DNA of 63,562 bases, filler included, from Octopus bimaculoides (taxonomy: Eukaryota): the NCBI RefSeq assembly GCF_001194135.2. It is 5 parts of 5 records of this genome, joined end to end, with 100 filler letters (N's around TTAATTAATTAA, not from the genome) between each part and the next. Parts side by side here need not be neighbours in the genome. Positions count along the whole stretch, not along the records: positions 1 to 30,619 come from NC_068989.1; 4 more parts are not named here. One strand, written 5' to 3'. The notes beneath the pieces are model-generated. The model did no database searches. It saw only the letters and a program-made list of their open reading frames with translations, and was not told where the DNA came from. Every line of letters begins with the position of its first letter. Within the stretch, counting starts at the first letter, position 1. Shown piece after piece: positions 9,690 through 21,766 of this stretch. A program made the translations under genes and the position numbers.

Positions 9690-11395
9690 CCCAACAGTAT
9701 AAACAAAACTCACAAAATATACCATAGAAGAGCGATACCCGAAGAACTCTGGTTGTAAGAGTGAAAATTAAGCTGCACCGTAAAGGGAAGTCCTCTTGCT
9801 CGACAGTGATTCAATAAATATGCAGACTGACCACAACTGTTATCCTAATACAGTATCAACAGATAATAGAGCAAAGAGAGGGACGTGGACAAGCGAAGAA
9901 AACAGGATAGTGATGCAGTGCTCCTTAGAAAGGGAACCTAAAAGAAGGGGCTATATATAGAAAACGGATGTTAACTTTTTCGGTAGAGAAGGATATGTTT
10001 AAAGTGACTGACCAGAGATTAGTTGATCAAGCTAATGCTATTAGGAGAAGAAAGTAGATGACATAATTGGAGGTAGAAGAGATCACAAAAGAACTGGAAA
10101 AGAAAGTCGAAAATATGGACATGAAAGAACGCAGCAACCTTCCTAAACTTCAGAGTAGTAAAGAGAATTTGAAGCACATCTGCTAAGTGAGCACAACCCA
10201 CAAATTCATCATAAACGGAAACGAACTAAACTTCATATCCTTGAATGAAGTACTCTATGCTGCCGTTACAATCTGGATCAAAACGTGTGGCGCTTAACTG
10301 AAAAAAAGAGTTAAATCCTCATAATAGATGAACGTGGCAAGAAACAAATCCATACTCTACGTTCTGATATAAAACCATTGAAAAACACAAGCAATATGAA
10401 ATCATGTAAGTGGAGAAAGATAATGAGAAAATAAGAACTGAAGCCAGAAAACCAGTTGGCTGAAGTAATATAGTAGTTAAAGCAAAAGGTTCAACCAAAC
10501 CTATGCATATACGCTGCATCGAACAACAATCCAGGTTCTTTAAAAATAACATATTTAAAAATAATCCAATGAGCTTCTACAGGCGTATTAGAAAGAACAC
10601 CATCAAAATAAGAAAAGACCCCTTAGAACATGAAATACGGGAGTTCTAGAGGAAAATATGGGACAGATGAAAAGATGCATAACTATGATTTCCCATGGAT
10701 TAATGCACACAAAAAAAGACACTGAGCTTATAGAAGAGCAAATAAGGGAAAAGGTAAGTTCAAAAGATGTCAAACTCACATTTAAAATGTTCGATAAATG
10801 GAAGTTATCTGGTATAGAAAAGATCCCACACTATTGTCTCATAGTGTTTAGAAACTCGTACAAGGAACTAACGTCTGGTTAAAACGCAATCATGAAGGAA
10901 CTGCAATATTAATTGTGGCATCTTTCAAGGAGACTCATTATCTCCTTTGTTATTCTGCTTATTACAGTTTCCTCTAAATAAACTGACTGAAACAAGCTGT
11001 GAATAGAGGGTGTATGGAAAAAAAAATTTAATCATCTCCTTTATATGGATGACTTGAAACTATTAGTAAAATAATGACCTATAACCATAAACACTCCTAC
11101 ACAGTCAAACAATCTGGTGATAGCATCAAAATGCATTCTGGGCTTGATAAATGAGCCAAGACTACATTCACCAAAGAAAAACTACCAAATACACTTTCAA
11201 ATTATCAAATGCAACATCGCTGTAGATAGAGACACCGAAATAAAAGAATTAAGACATCAGAACAATTATAAGTATCTAGGAATATGTGAAGGAGACGGAA
11301 TTAAACAATCGCTAATAAGAGAAAAGATAAGGAAGGCATGTTGCCGAAGATTAAGTGACATTCTGAAAACTGAACTGAATGTTACGCTACAGGAC
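9690..11395 (+). mobile_element. R4/Dong-like LINE C: 5' region to RT domain, heavily decayed and internally deleted
   Basis: N-terminal WTSEENRIVMQC...RRGY.RKRM...DQRLVDQANAIRR; RT motifs WKLSGIEKI, FQGDSLSPLLFC (~10923) and HLLYMDDLKL (~11034); YKYLGI...KTELN. Confidence 0.8.
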
Positions 11396-11948
11396 ATTAA
11401 CATTACTATTGTCATTGAGTGCAGAAAAGGGTATAATGTAATTATACACAAAAATCCACTCATATCAACAGATTTATCTATTTAATACAGGAGACTTCTG
11501 TTTCCAGAACACTTAAGCTATGCAGTGTCACTGCATAAATCTCCCAGTCGAAAATTAACAGTTGCCCCATCGCATCTTGAAGAATTCTATCCCCTTATTT
11601 ATGCCTTGGTTGGTAAAATCATAAACACCGAGAACGCGGAGATTTGAATAATCCATCCCACGAGTCTCTATAAAGATTCTTTTGTCTACCTACCCAGTTT
11701 CACTCATGAGGAATAGGTCTACACGTGTCTGTAGTAAACGACATTGTCGTGTCCGAGGTTTCCATACGGTCAGAACAAAACCCAGATGTGGTCGTGCGTG
11801 TGTGTGAGTGTTTTGTGGTGAATACAAATATATGTGCATGTGTGTATGTATTTGCGCGTATACATATCAACTAACAACCTATTCAACAATACTTGTGTGC
11901 GTATGTGAATGTGTATATATATATATATATATATACACACACATCTGC

Positions 11949-11992
<44 letters not shown>

Positions 11993-12554
11993 ATGGTTTC
12001 CCCTTATTAAGTAAGCATAACGAGCGCACCATGAAATATTAATAACTATCGACGAATGAAAACTGGATGAAGTTTCTGGTATGGCTTTCAGAAGAAACAT
12101 TAATTAAATCTATATAAATTACATCATTGAGAATCTATTATGTACGAATATCATTACGTAAAGAATCTAGTTTATGACTCATAGTCATGAATGCTGATAT
12201 CTTACAATGCCATGCCTATATCGTTATAAGATTTTCCTACCAACCACGTGGTTCATGGTCCGACGCCGCAGCACGGCGCAGAGTTTTGGACAATTTTTTT
12301 CTACCGTTAAATTGGTTTTCTAAAATATTGAGTGGAGTTTGGAGTGTGGAGTGTAATGGACTGGAATGTGTATGTAAGCTCGCCACAAATAGAGATAAAC
12401 TGTTTCGCATATACACATACATACATGCACGCATACATACATAAATATATATATATAGTGTAGTATATTGCCACTTAAGTGTGGCTGACCCCTAGGGGTG
12501 GATGTTACTGTTGCTTTTAGCCCCAGTTACTGTTAATACTTCATTTAGAGAATT

Positions 12555-12595
<41 letters not shown>

Positions 12596-12781
12596 AATAA
12601 TATGTATATATATAATATATATTAGATTTATACATATATATATATGTATGTATATATGTATGTATGTATGTATGTTTGTATGTATGTATGTATGTATGTA
12701 TGTATGTATGGATGGATGGATGGATGAATGTATATATGTATGTATGAAAGCGGTCACACACACTAGAAAGAAATTTCTTAA

Positions 12782-13016
12782 GGCGGCGAGCTGGCAGAAA
12801 CGTTAGCACGCCGGGCGAAGTGCTTAGCGGTATTTAGTCTGTCTTTACGTTCTGAGTTCAAATTCCGCCGAGGTCGACTTAGCTTTTCATCCTTTCGGGA
12901 TCGATAAATTAAGTACCAGTTACTCACTAGGGTCGATGTAATCGACTTAATCCCTTTGTCTGTCCTTGTTTGTCCCCTCTATGTTTAGCCCCTTGTGGCC
13001 AATAAAAAGATAAGAA
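12782..13016 (+). mobile_element. tRNA-derived SINE, family 2
   Basis: Head GGCGGCGAGCTGGCAGAAACGTTAGC, B-box-like GAGTTCAAATTCC, core GTCGACTT.GC.TTTCATCCTTTCGGG.TCGATAAATTAAGTAC. A homolog lies at 19545-19757. Confidence 0.8.
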
Positions 13017-13518
13017 ACTTCTTCCAAAAACGGTAGCGACGTCCTGATAGAGAATTTACAACTGTTTTTAAATAATAGANNNNNNNNNNNNNNNNNNNNN
13101 NNNNNNNNNNNNNNNNNNNNNNNNNNNNNNNNNNNNNNNNNNNNNNNNNNNNNNNNNNNNNNNNNNNNNNNNNNNNNNNNNNNNNNNNNNNNNNNNNNNN
13201 NNNNNNNNNNNNNNNNNNNNNNNNNNNNNNNNNNNNNNNNNNNNNNNNNNNNNNNNNNNNNNNNNNNNNNNNNNNNNNNNNNNNNNNNNNNNNNNNNNNN
13301 NNNNNNNNNNNNNNNNNNNNNNNNNNNNNNNNNNNNNNNNNNNNNNNNNNNNNNNNNNNNNNNNNNNNNNNNNNNNNNNNNNNNNNNNNNNNNNNNNNNN
13401 NNNNNNNNNNNNNNNNNNNNNNNNNNNNNNNNNNNNNNNNNNNNNNNNNNNNNNNNNNNNNNNNNNNNNNNNNNNNNNNNNNNNNNNNNNNNNNNNNNNN
13501 NATATATATATATATACC

Positions 13519-13881
13519 TTTTATTTATTATCTTTTATCTGTTTCAGTCATTGGACTGCGGCCATATTGAGGCATTGCCTTGAATCGACCCCAGTACTTT
13601 TCTATCTGTTTCTTTTGCCAAACCACAAAGTTACGTAAAAACACCAACAAAGGTTGTCAACTAGTGCTGTGAGCGACAAACACAGACACACACATAGAGA
13701 TATATGTACTTATATATACGACGGCCTTCTTTCAGTTTCCGTCTACCAAATCCACTCACAAAGCTTTTGTCAGCCCGAGGCTATAGTAGAAGGCATTTGC
13801 TTAAGTTGCCACACAGTGGAGCTGAACCCGGAACCACGTGGTCTGGAAGCAAGCTCCTTACCACACAGCCACTCCTGCGCC
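13519..13881 (-). mobile_element. tRNA-derived SINE, family 1, near full length
   Basis: Minus-strand head GCGCAGGAGTGGCTGTGTGGTAAG...GGTTCCGGGTTCAG, central microsatellite, tail CAGTCCAATGACTGAAACAG. Homologous to 58778-59118. Confidence 0.85.
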
Positions 13882-13960
13882 ACCCCTATATGTATTGTTA
13901 AACTTGGAGATGGTCATTGTTAAACACATGCACCATATATATTTAGTCTTCATTTCAGCT

Positions 13961-14346
13961 TTATTACTTCCGCCAAGGAAGGAGGTTATGTTTTCATCGG
14001 CTTTGGTTTGTCCGTCTGTCCGTCTGTGTGCAAAATAACTCCATAAGTTGTGAACAATATTTGATGAAACTTGCAGAAAATGTTGGTAATGACACAAGGA
14101 ACGGATGGTGAAATTTTGGTAGTGATCTGGGAATTTTTATAGATTCTTGACGGATTTTTCATTTGTTATATTTACTTTTCATGAAGTATTACAATGTTAC
14201 GTTCTTTGATTATTTCCCTTGAGAACACGTTCATCGTTTGCACGTAACCTATGGTGGCGTTGCTGTTTCCAAAGTTTATTTTCGTTTCTCTATTAGTAAT
14301 TTTACTCGCGTATCTATCTTAAAATGAGCTTCGGTGCTTTTCTAAT
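13961..14346 (+). mobile_element. DINE-1/HINE-like non-autonomous Helentron-type element
   Basis: Start TTATTACTTCCGCCAAGGAAGGAGGTTATGTTTTC, (GTCC/GTCT) microsatellite block, end GGTGCTTTTCTAATT. Confidence 0.55.
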
Positions 14347-14764
14347 TATTATTGTTTTAGTTTCTTTGTAAAAGGTATTTCGTCACACATTTTGTGACCT
14401 CTCTTGTTCAGTTTATTCCATTTTGTCTTTCATTGTGAATTATACAACCACTATTTCCTATGAACGAAAGTTCTAGCTAATCATTTCCCTGACGGCTTGA
14501 ATTATTTGAGTTAGACTTCAAAGATCTGATGTAAATACGAAATTTAAAGTTTTTCCTGCCGAATCCAGTTAACTGCTTTGTCACAAGTTAGCATGGATGT
14601 TATTCCATTTCTTTTGAACACAGCTTTTTCAGTAATGCTAATCTGAAGTTTTATGTATTCGTGTATTACGTGTATACACACAAACACACACGCACACGCA
14701 CACAGACACACATATGTGTATGCATATATATATATATATATATAAGTACCTGTACTCGAAAAGA

Positions 14765-15365
14765 CCGCATATCTCGGTAGTTTACGCGAAACTTGTTTTA
14801 TTCCGTTAATATTCACATTTCAATGGTACCGTACTTTCAAAGTATCTTCCCATTATGCGCCAGTTTGGCTGTATTAAATTACAGAGTAGAACGCACACAA
14901 ACAAACACGCAAGCAAACAATCATAAAGGTGCCCGGAAAAAACGCGTATCTCGTGAACTCGTGGTCCGATTTACGCGAAATTTGTCTTATTCCGTTTGTA
15001 TTCCATTTCAGAGTATTCTCCCCTTTTGGCGCCGGTTTGGCTGTATTAAATTACAGACGAGCACGCATGCAAGCAAGCACGCAAACAAAACTATCCAGGT
15101 GTTCACAGTAAAGGACAAAACCTCCAGATTTCACTGCTTAAATTTGTGGAAACAAAACCAAAACAAACGTGCATCTCAGAATCCGTGGTCCGATTTACGC
15201 GAAACTTGTTTTATTGTACTTGTATTCACATTTCAGGGATACCTTACTTTCAGAGTATTTTCCAATTATGCGTACGTTTGGCTATATCAAATTACAGACA
15301 AGCACGCCAGCGAGCAAGTACGCAAGCAAGTACGCAAGCAGGCACTCAGGGAGTTTTAGTAGTAT
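14765..15365 (+). repeat. Three diverged ~150-190 bp direct repeats
   Basis: Each unit carries TTTACGCGAAA(C/T)TTGT...TTTGGCT(G/A)TAT..AAATTACAGA followed by a (GCAA) run. Confidence 0.8.
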
Positions 15366-15466
15366 ATATCAAGTCTGAAAGGAAGAAAGGCAATGCCAAC
15401 CTCGGCAGTATTTGAAGTCAGGGCGTGTAGACAGGTGTGCTAACGATTCTGCCGACTCGCTTTGTA

Positions 15467-16821
15467 TTGGGTTGGCAACTAAGTTTCCGCCGTTTTTTTT
15501 TTTAAATTTTAGAATTTATTGCGTTTTTAAATTTTGGAATCTATTTTTTTCGAGAATTGTATTTTTGAATCTTTTTTTTTTTTCTAGTTAATTTTAGTTA
15601 TATTTTGTTTATTTTGAGATCATTAAAATGGAATGTCAAGTTAAGAAAAAGGAGCATTTTCGACACCTTTTTGCTTTTAATCAAGGTTCTAAGGCCGCAA
15701 AAGCTGTTCGCGACGTTTGTGCTGTGTATGGAGAGGGTGCCATAGCTGAAAGAACCACTCGTGATTGGTATGCCAAGTTCAAAAATGGAANNNNNNNNNN
15801 NNNNNNNNNNNNNNNNNNNNNNNNNNNNNNNNNNNNNNNNNNNNNNNNNNNNNNNNNNNNNNNNNNNNNNNNNNNNNNNNNNNNNNNNNNNNNNNNNNNN
15901 NNNNNNNNNNNNNNNNNNNNNNNNNNNNNNNNNNNNNNNNNNNNNNNNNNNNNNNNNNNNNNNNNNNNNNNNNNNNNNNNNNNNNNNNNNNNNNNNNNNN
16001 NNNNNNNNNNNNNNNNNNNNNNNNNNNNNNNNNNNNNNNNNNNNNNNNNNNNNNNNNNNNNNNNNNNNNNNNNNNNNNNNNNNNNNNNNNNNNNNNCTTT
16101 AAGTGACAACAACAAAAATCAACGAGCCACAATCTCCGCTGGTTTGCTTGTTCGTCACCGCTTGACTCATGGACACAAGCAACGATTTCATTACAGAATC
16201 GTTACTGGCGACGAAAAATGGTGCCTGTACATCAATATGAAGCAGGGTAAGGAATGGCTTAACCCCGGTAAACAAGCGACACCGCGCGTGAAACAAGATC
16301 TTCATCCGCGTAAAACGATGTTGTGCGTATGGTGCGACTGGGAAGGGATTATCCATTACGAATTGTTTGAACGGAACCAAACGGTCAACGCGGAACTCTA
16401 TGTTCGACAGATGGAACGACTCAACGCTGCTATTCAAGAAAAAAGACCTAATCGGCAGCCCGCCCTCATATCGCCAATATGACCAAGTAAGCCATTGAAG
16501 CGCATGACTGGGATGTGCTGCCATACCCGCCGTACTCTCCTGATTTGGTACGAACAGATTTCCACCTCTTTCGATCTCTTTCAAGTGCTATGCACGGAGT
16601 TTCATTCAATACTGATGCAGAATTGAGAGTTTAGATGGATCAATTTTTCGAATCGAAATCGGGAGATTTCTACCAACGAGGTATTGAAAATCTTGTTGAA
16701 CGTTGAGAAGTTGTAAACAACAAAGGTGAATACATTATTGATTAATTAGTTGTCATTTTTTATCAAACCTTAAAAAAAATTCAAATTTTAAAAAACGGCG
16801 GGAATTTAGTTGCCAACCCAA
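15467..16821 (+). mobile_element. Full-length mariner transposon (mellifera-like), TIRs intact, TA target duplication
   Basis: TIR TTGGGTTGGCAACTAA...CCGCCGTTTTTT at both ends, flanked by TA at 15465-66 and 16822-23. Confidence 0.92.
15628..16745 (+). pseudogene. Mariner DD34D transposase, frameshifted
   Basis: MECQVKKKEHFRHLF...; IVTGDEKW; MLCVWCDWEGIIHYE; PYPPYSPDL..TDFHLFRS. It spans a gap and the HDN motif is deleted. Confidence 0.9.
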
Positions 16822-17440
16822 TATACATATTTGTATTTGTGTGTGTGTGTGTGTGTGTGTGTNNNNNNNNNNNNNNNNNNNNNNNNNNNNNNNNNNNNNN
16901 NNNNNNNNNNNNNNNNNNNNNNNNNNNNNNNNNNNNNNNNNNNNNNNNNNNNNNNNNNNNNNNNNNNNNNNNNNNNNNNNNNNNNNNNNNNNNNNNNNNN
17001 NNNNNNNNNNNNNNNNNNNNNNNNNNNNNNNNNNNNNNNNNNNNNNNNNNNNNNNNNNNNNNNNNNNNNNNNNNNNNNNNNNNNNNNNNNNNNNNNNNNN
17101 NNNNNNNNNNNNNNNNNNNNNNNNNNNNNNNNNNNNNNNNNNNNNNNNNNNNNNNNNNNNNNNNNNNNNNNNNNNNNNNNNNNNNNNNNNNNNNNNNNNN
17201 NNNNNNNNNNNNNNNNNNNNNNNNNNNNNNNNNNNNNNNNNNNNNNNNNNNNNNNNNNNNNNNNNNNNNNNNNNNNNNNNNNNNNNNNNNNNNNNNNNNN
17301 NNNNNNNNNNNNNNNNNNNNNNNNNNNNNNNNNNNNNNNNNNNNNNNNNNNNNNNNNNNNNNNNNNNNNNNNNNNNNNNNNNNNNNNNNNNNNNNNNNNN
17401 NNNNNNNNNNNNNNNNNNNNNNNNNNNNNNNNNNNNNNNN

Positions 17441-17471
<31 letters not shown>

Positions 17472-17745
17472 TATGTATAAGGATGATATTAAAATACCAT
17501 CACGAGTGGAAAGTGAATTATCAGCCGAACAGGCAAATTAATAAAATATATACATACAATATTAGATACGTACATATATACACAAAGGTACTGCATGAGT
17601 ACCGACATCGCTAAAAAATAGAAGTCGAAAAATACTTCTATACCACTGAATAGTCACAAATCTATATACGTATGTATGTATGTGTATGTATATACATATA
17701 GGAAGGTAGACTGATAAACATATCTGTACAAATATACACATACAA

Positions 17746-17787
<42 letters not shown>

Positions 17788-18147
17788 TCATAGATAGATA
17801 GATAGATAGATAGATTCAATTACTGCGAATTTTGCTGACAATATTATTCATTTATATATTTTATTTTTTTAATTTCATGAAGCCCTTGCTGTTTTCTTTA
17901 TTTGAGAAACAATGGAAAGATTGAATTTTAAGAGGTGTATCCACTCGTATCCAATTAGCTGCTTTGCTGCAAATTAGTGCAGCTTTGTTTTTGTTTGTTT
18001 GTTTGTTTGTTTTTTCAGTTTAATCAGAATTTAGAGACTTTAGATTTCCTAATCTGAAGCTTTTGCATGTATAGGCAATACGAATATGTGTAAAAACAGA
18101 CGGAATGAGTAATTTCTAATTCTTATTCCTTAGCAGCTGTATCCATC

Positions 18148-18287
18148 GTAGCCGCGGGGTATAACAACATTATACAAAGAACTGTTCAAAGGTAGTCATT
18201 ATTTAGACAAAAATAGTCACAAATATTAAATTATTAAGTTGGATCAAACACACCCTCCTGCTATTTTGTGTCAAGCCCCGCGGGTAC
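18148..18287. mobile_element. Possible small MITE
   Basis: 12-bp inverted ends GTAGCCGCGGGG / CCCCGCGGGTAC (11/12) around an AT-rich core. Confidence 0.3.
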
Positions 18288-18442
18288 AATCTTGTTATGC
18301 GATTTTATATTAGCTGAAGCGTAATTCAGCTAGAGGAGAAATTATATATTAATGCAGTGAGGTAGTTTGACAAAAATATATTTCACGATGCATTAATTCT
18401 TTCTTTTGTTTTTTTGATGACTAGTATTAACATGAATGTGTG

Positions 18443-18692
18443 GGAGCGTGGCTTAGTGGTTAGGGTGTTGGACTCGTGACATTAAGATTGTGATTTCGAT
18501 TCCTGAACCGAATGACGCGTTGTGTACTTGAACAAAACACTTCATTTTACGTTGCTGCAGTCCACTCAGCTAGCAAAAGTGAGTAATCTCGTGACGGACC
18601 GACATCCCGTCCAGGGGTTATTTGAAACACCACGGAAACCAGGAGACCAGCCCTCATGAGTCTATATGGCCCGGGAAGAATTTTTATCCTTA
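18443..18692 (+). mobile_element. tRNA-derived SINE, family 3
   Basis: A-box TGGCTTAGTGG, B-box-like TTTCGATTCCT, TTGTGTACTTGAACAAAACACTT domain, GTCCACTCAGCT core, short-repeat tail. Confidence 0.75.
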
Positions 18693-18824
18693 TCCTGTCA
18701 GCATGAATTGTTGAAATCGTATATCTCTTTTTAATAATAGCCGATAAAAATGATCGTTGGCTGGTATGTTGATTGGTTGGTTGAGAGAGGGAAAAATACA
18801 GAGTAACAGATAAATACATAGAGA

Positions 18825-19032
18825 CTTAATACCAGAGACACAGAATAGGTGTATATCTGGTTCTCATTCTAATCTAATCTAAATTAAAATTTCCATTAAA
18901 ATTTCATGTTAATTTATGTTCCAAGCCGCGTAATATCATTTATTTTAATAATTTTTTTTATTATTATTTATAAAATTAATTGAAAAAAAAGGGCAGTGTA
19001 TTTCAACAGAAATTTAATAATGAAAGGGTTAA
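18825..19032. mobile_element. piggyBac-like MITE remnant
   Basis: Right end ...GAAAGGG followed by TTAA. The left end is decayed. Confidence 0.35.
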
Positions 19033-19544
19033 ACCTTCTGAAAAATACACATTTTTCAATAAAATTTTGCAGAGAAAGGTTTTTGATAGAGTAGATGGCA
19101 AGTATGTCATGAAGATTTAGAAAAAAATAATAACATAAATAAATGGAAATGGATGTATGAGAAATTATCTTTATTCAATTTTATTTTAAGGTAGTAAATA
19201 TTTTCCTTTCTAAGATTAGTATTCATTTCATCATTTAGCATCAATAATGGTTTACGGCAAAGATGTAGATAAGTTCTTCTAAGTACTGAGTTGATTCAAA
19301 CGCTTCAATAAACACTACATAATTTTTTTCCAATAAACTTGTTATGAAATCTACTCCACCAGATGGTTTATTGCATATTGATCAGCAAACTTTTCAAAAA
19401 TTTAATGTAATCATGCATAAGCTCTACGTTACGTTTTGTAATTGTATATGTGGGGAGTATTTATGTATGTAAATGCGTATTATATGTGCATTGTGTAAGT
19501 ATGTATGTCATGTATCAATCATGATACGTAGGCAGAACAACGAG

Positions 19545-19757
19545 ACTCTAGATATTCTTTTCTACTCTAGGTACAAGACTCGACATTTTTGGAGAGGGTG
19601 CCAGTCGATTAGTACGCAAGTAGTACTTAATTTATCGACTCCCGAGAGGATGAAAGGCAAAGTCGACCCCGACGGAATTTCAACTCAGAACGTAAAGACA
19701 GATGAAATACTGTTAAGCATTTCGCCCGTCGTGCTAACGTTTCTGTCAGCTCACTGC
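19545..19757 (-). mobile_element. SINE family 2 copy with a different 3' tail
   Basis: The reverse complement matches 12782-12920, then diverges. Confidence 0.8.
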
Positions 19758-20295
19758 GAGACTCTAGATATTAATGTATCTACTCATTCTCAATGCGTTC
19801 TTGCAAATTCGACTGGGATGTGCTGATTGATATTGTTTCTTGTCGTCGGAAACATTCTCTCGCTTTTGCCGGTGTGTTTTCATGACATACACGATTCGTT
19901 AATGTATGGGCACCGATTTTGTGACCTTACTGCGTGTGTCTTCAATTAAATCTGTCCTACACCCGATCGATAAATCTAACAAGACTGGCTCTAATTTATC
20001 GACATCAGCAAATAAGATTTTTGCTGATGCATACTGATAACTTCCAAACTTGTTTTACTCATTTATATAGATATAAGCCTGTACTTTAGTTAGATTAACG
20101 GAACTGGGGATAACTTTTCATGAAGATATATAAGGTCGAAACACCTTATAATATGTATTTCAAAATTCCTTTACATCAATCAACCGCATGTGCTGCGAAC
20201 ACATATTGTCTTAAGTGAGATGGTCTCTGCTGACAAAAAACAACACTGATCAACATATTCTGACAGCGTATTGGGAATGAATAAATACGTTACAC

Positions 20296-20350
<55 letters not shown>

Positions 20351-20740
20351 NNNNNNNNNNNNNNNNNNNNNNNNNNNNNNNNNNNNNNNNNNNNNNNNNN
20401 NNNNNNNNNNNNNNNNNNNNNNNNNNNNNNNNNNNNNNNNNNNNNNNNNNNNNNNNNNNNNNNNNNNNNNNNNNNNNNNNNNNNNNNNNNNNNNNNNNNN
20501 NNNNNNNNNNNNNNNNNNNNNNNNNNNNNNNNNNNNNNNNNNNNNNNNNNNNNNNNNNNNNNNNNNNNNNNNNNNNNNNNNNNNNNNNNNNNNNNNNNNN
20601 NNNNNNNNNNNNNNNNNNNNNNNNNNNNNNNNNNNNNNNNNNNNNNNNNNNNNNNNNNNNNNNNNNNNNNNNNNNNNNNNNNNNNNNNNNNNNNNNNNNN
20701 NNNNNNNNNNNNNNNNNNNNNNNNNNNNNNNNNNNAAACT

Positions 20741-20785
20741 ACATTCCTCAAAATTTCAGGCCTTGTGCCTCATCAGAAAGGATAT
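20741..20785 (-). ncRNA. Minimal type I hammerhead relic
   Basis: AUAUCCUUU-CUGAUGA-GGC ACAAG GCC-U-GAAAUUUU-GAGGAAUGU. Confidence 0.45.
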
Positions 20786-20906
20786 TATATATATATTACA
20801 TATTATATCTATTTATCACACGAGGAGACCTATCTAAACCGTCGGATGCTCCTGAATCAATTGTTAAGTACCCCATCCATGAAGGATCGATTCTAGGTGG
20901 GTCGAG

Positions 20907-20940
<34 letters not shown>

Positions 20941-21075
20941 TTAGTTAAAATATGGTTATGACATACTTCAACTGCTAAAAGGCAAATTCACTGCAGTTAT
21001 CATGGAGAAAATATCTCTCTTATGGTAAAAAGGTGTGAAAACATCTGGTTTGTTCAGTGTCACTATTTATCAGGA

Positions 21076-21121
21076 ATCCAAGACATCGATGTTTCGGGTT
21101 TTCGACTCTTGTCAATGGGAT
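21076..21121 (-). ncRNA. Minimal type I hammerhead relic with palindromic stem III
   Basis: AUCCCA-UUGACAA-GAGU CGAAA ACCC-GAA-ACAUCGAUGU-C-UUGGAU. Confidence 0.5.
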
Positions 21122-21267
21122 GTACATAAGTGGGGCAACTCTGAACAAACTTATAACGCAATAGCGTCATGTGAAATTCCGTCAACAACGTTGACAGATT
21201 TGAGCTAGGAGATCGCTCGATCGAAGAAAATAATGAAATACATATACACATATACACGGACGGAGAG

Positions 21268-21356
21268 GTGGATGGATGGATGGATGGATGGATGGATGGA
21301 TGGATGGATGGATGGATGGATGGATGGATGGATGGATGGATGGATGGATGGATGGA
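21268..21356. repeat. (GGAT)n microsatellite
   Basis: Direct reading. Confidence 0.9.
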
Positions 21357-21387
21357 NNNNNNNNNNNNNNNNNNTATATATATATAT

Positions 21388-21462
<75 letters not shown>

Positions 21463-21572
21463 TGGAAAGGATAAAATGGTTAAAAATTTTATCAGTGGCC
21501 AGCGTATAAAATAGAAGTATCAAGTTAATTCATATATAGAGATTTATAAAAGCATAAAATGCAGCTATAATC

Positions 21573-21738
21573 AAGGGCACAGTGGGTGCCATTCCTATAC
21601 GCTGAAAATAGACGCTAAATCCTCGAACCATTCTAAATCATCAATTTTATAATACATACGTTGAAAGCAATGATTTAGAGTTGTTCGACGACTTAGCGTC
21701 TATTTTCAGCGTATAAGCATGGTATCCTCTGTGCCCTT
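21573..21738. repeat. 166-bp imperfect palindrome (MITE-like)
   Basis: Arms of ~70 bp including TATACGCTGAAAATAGACGCTAA / TTAGCGTCTATTTTCAGCGTATA. Confidence 0.85.
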
Positions 21739-21766
21739 AAATAGAATTGTATTTTATATATATATA

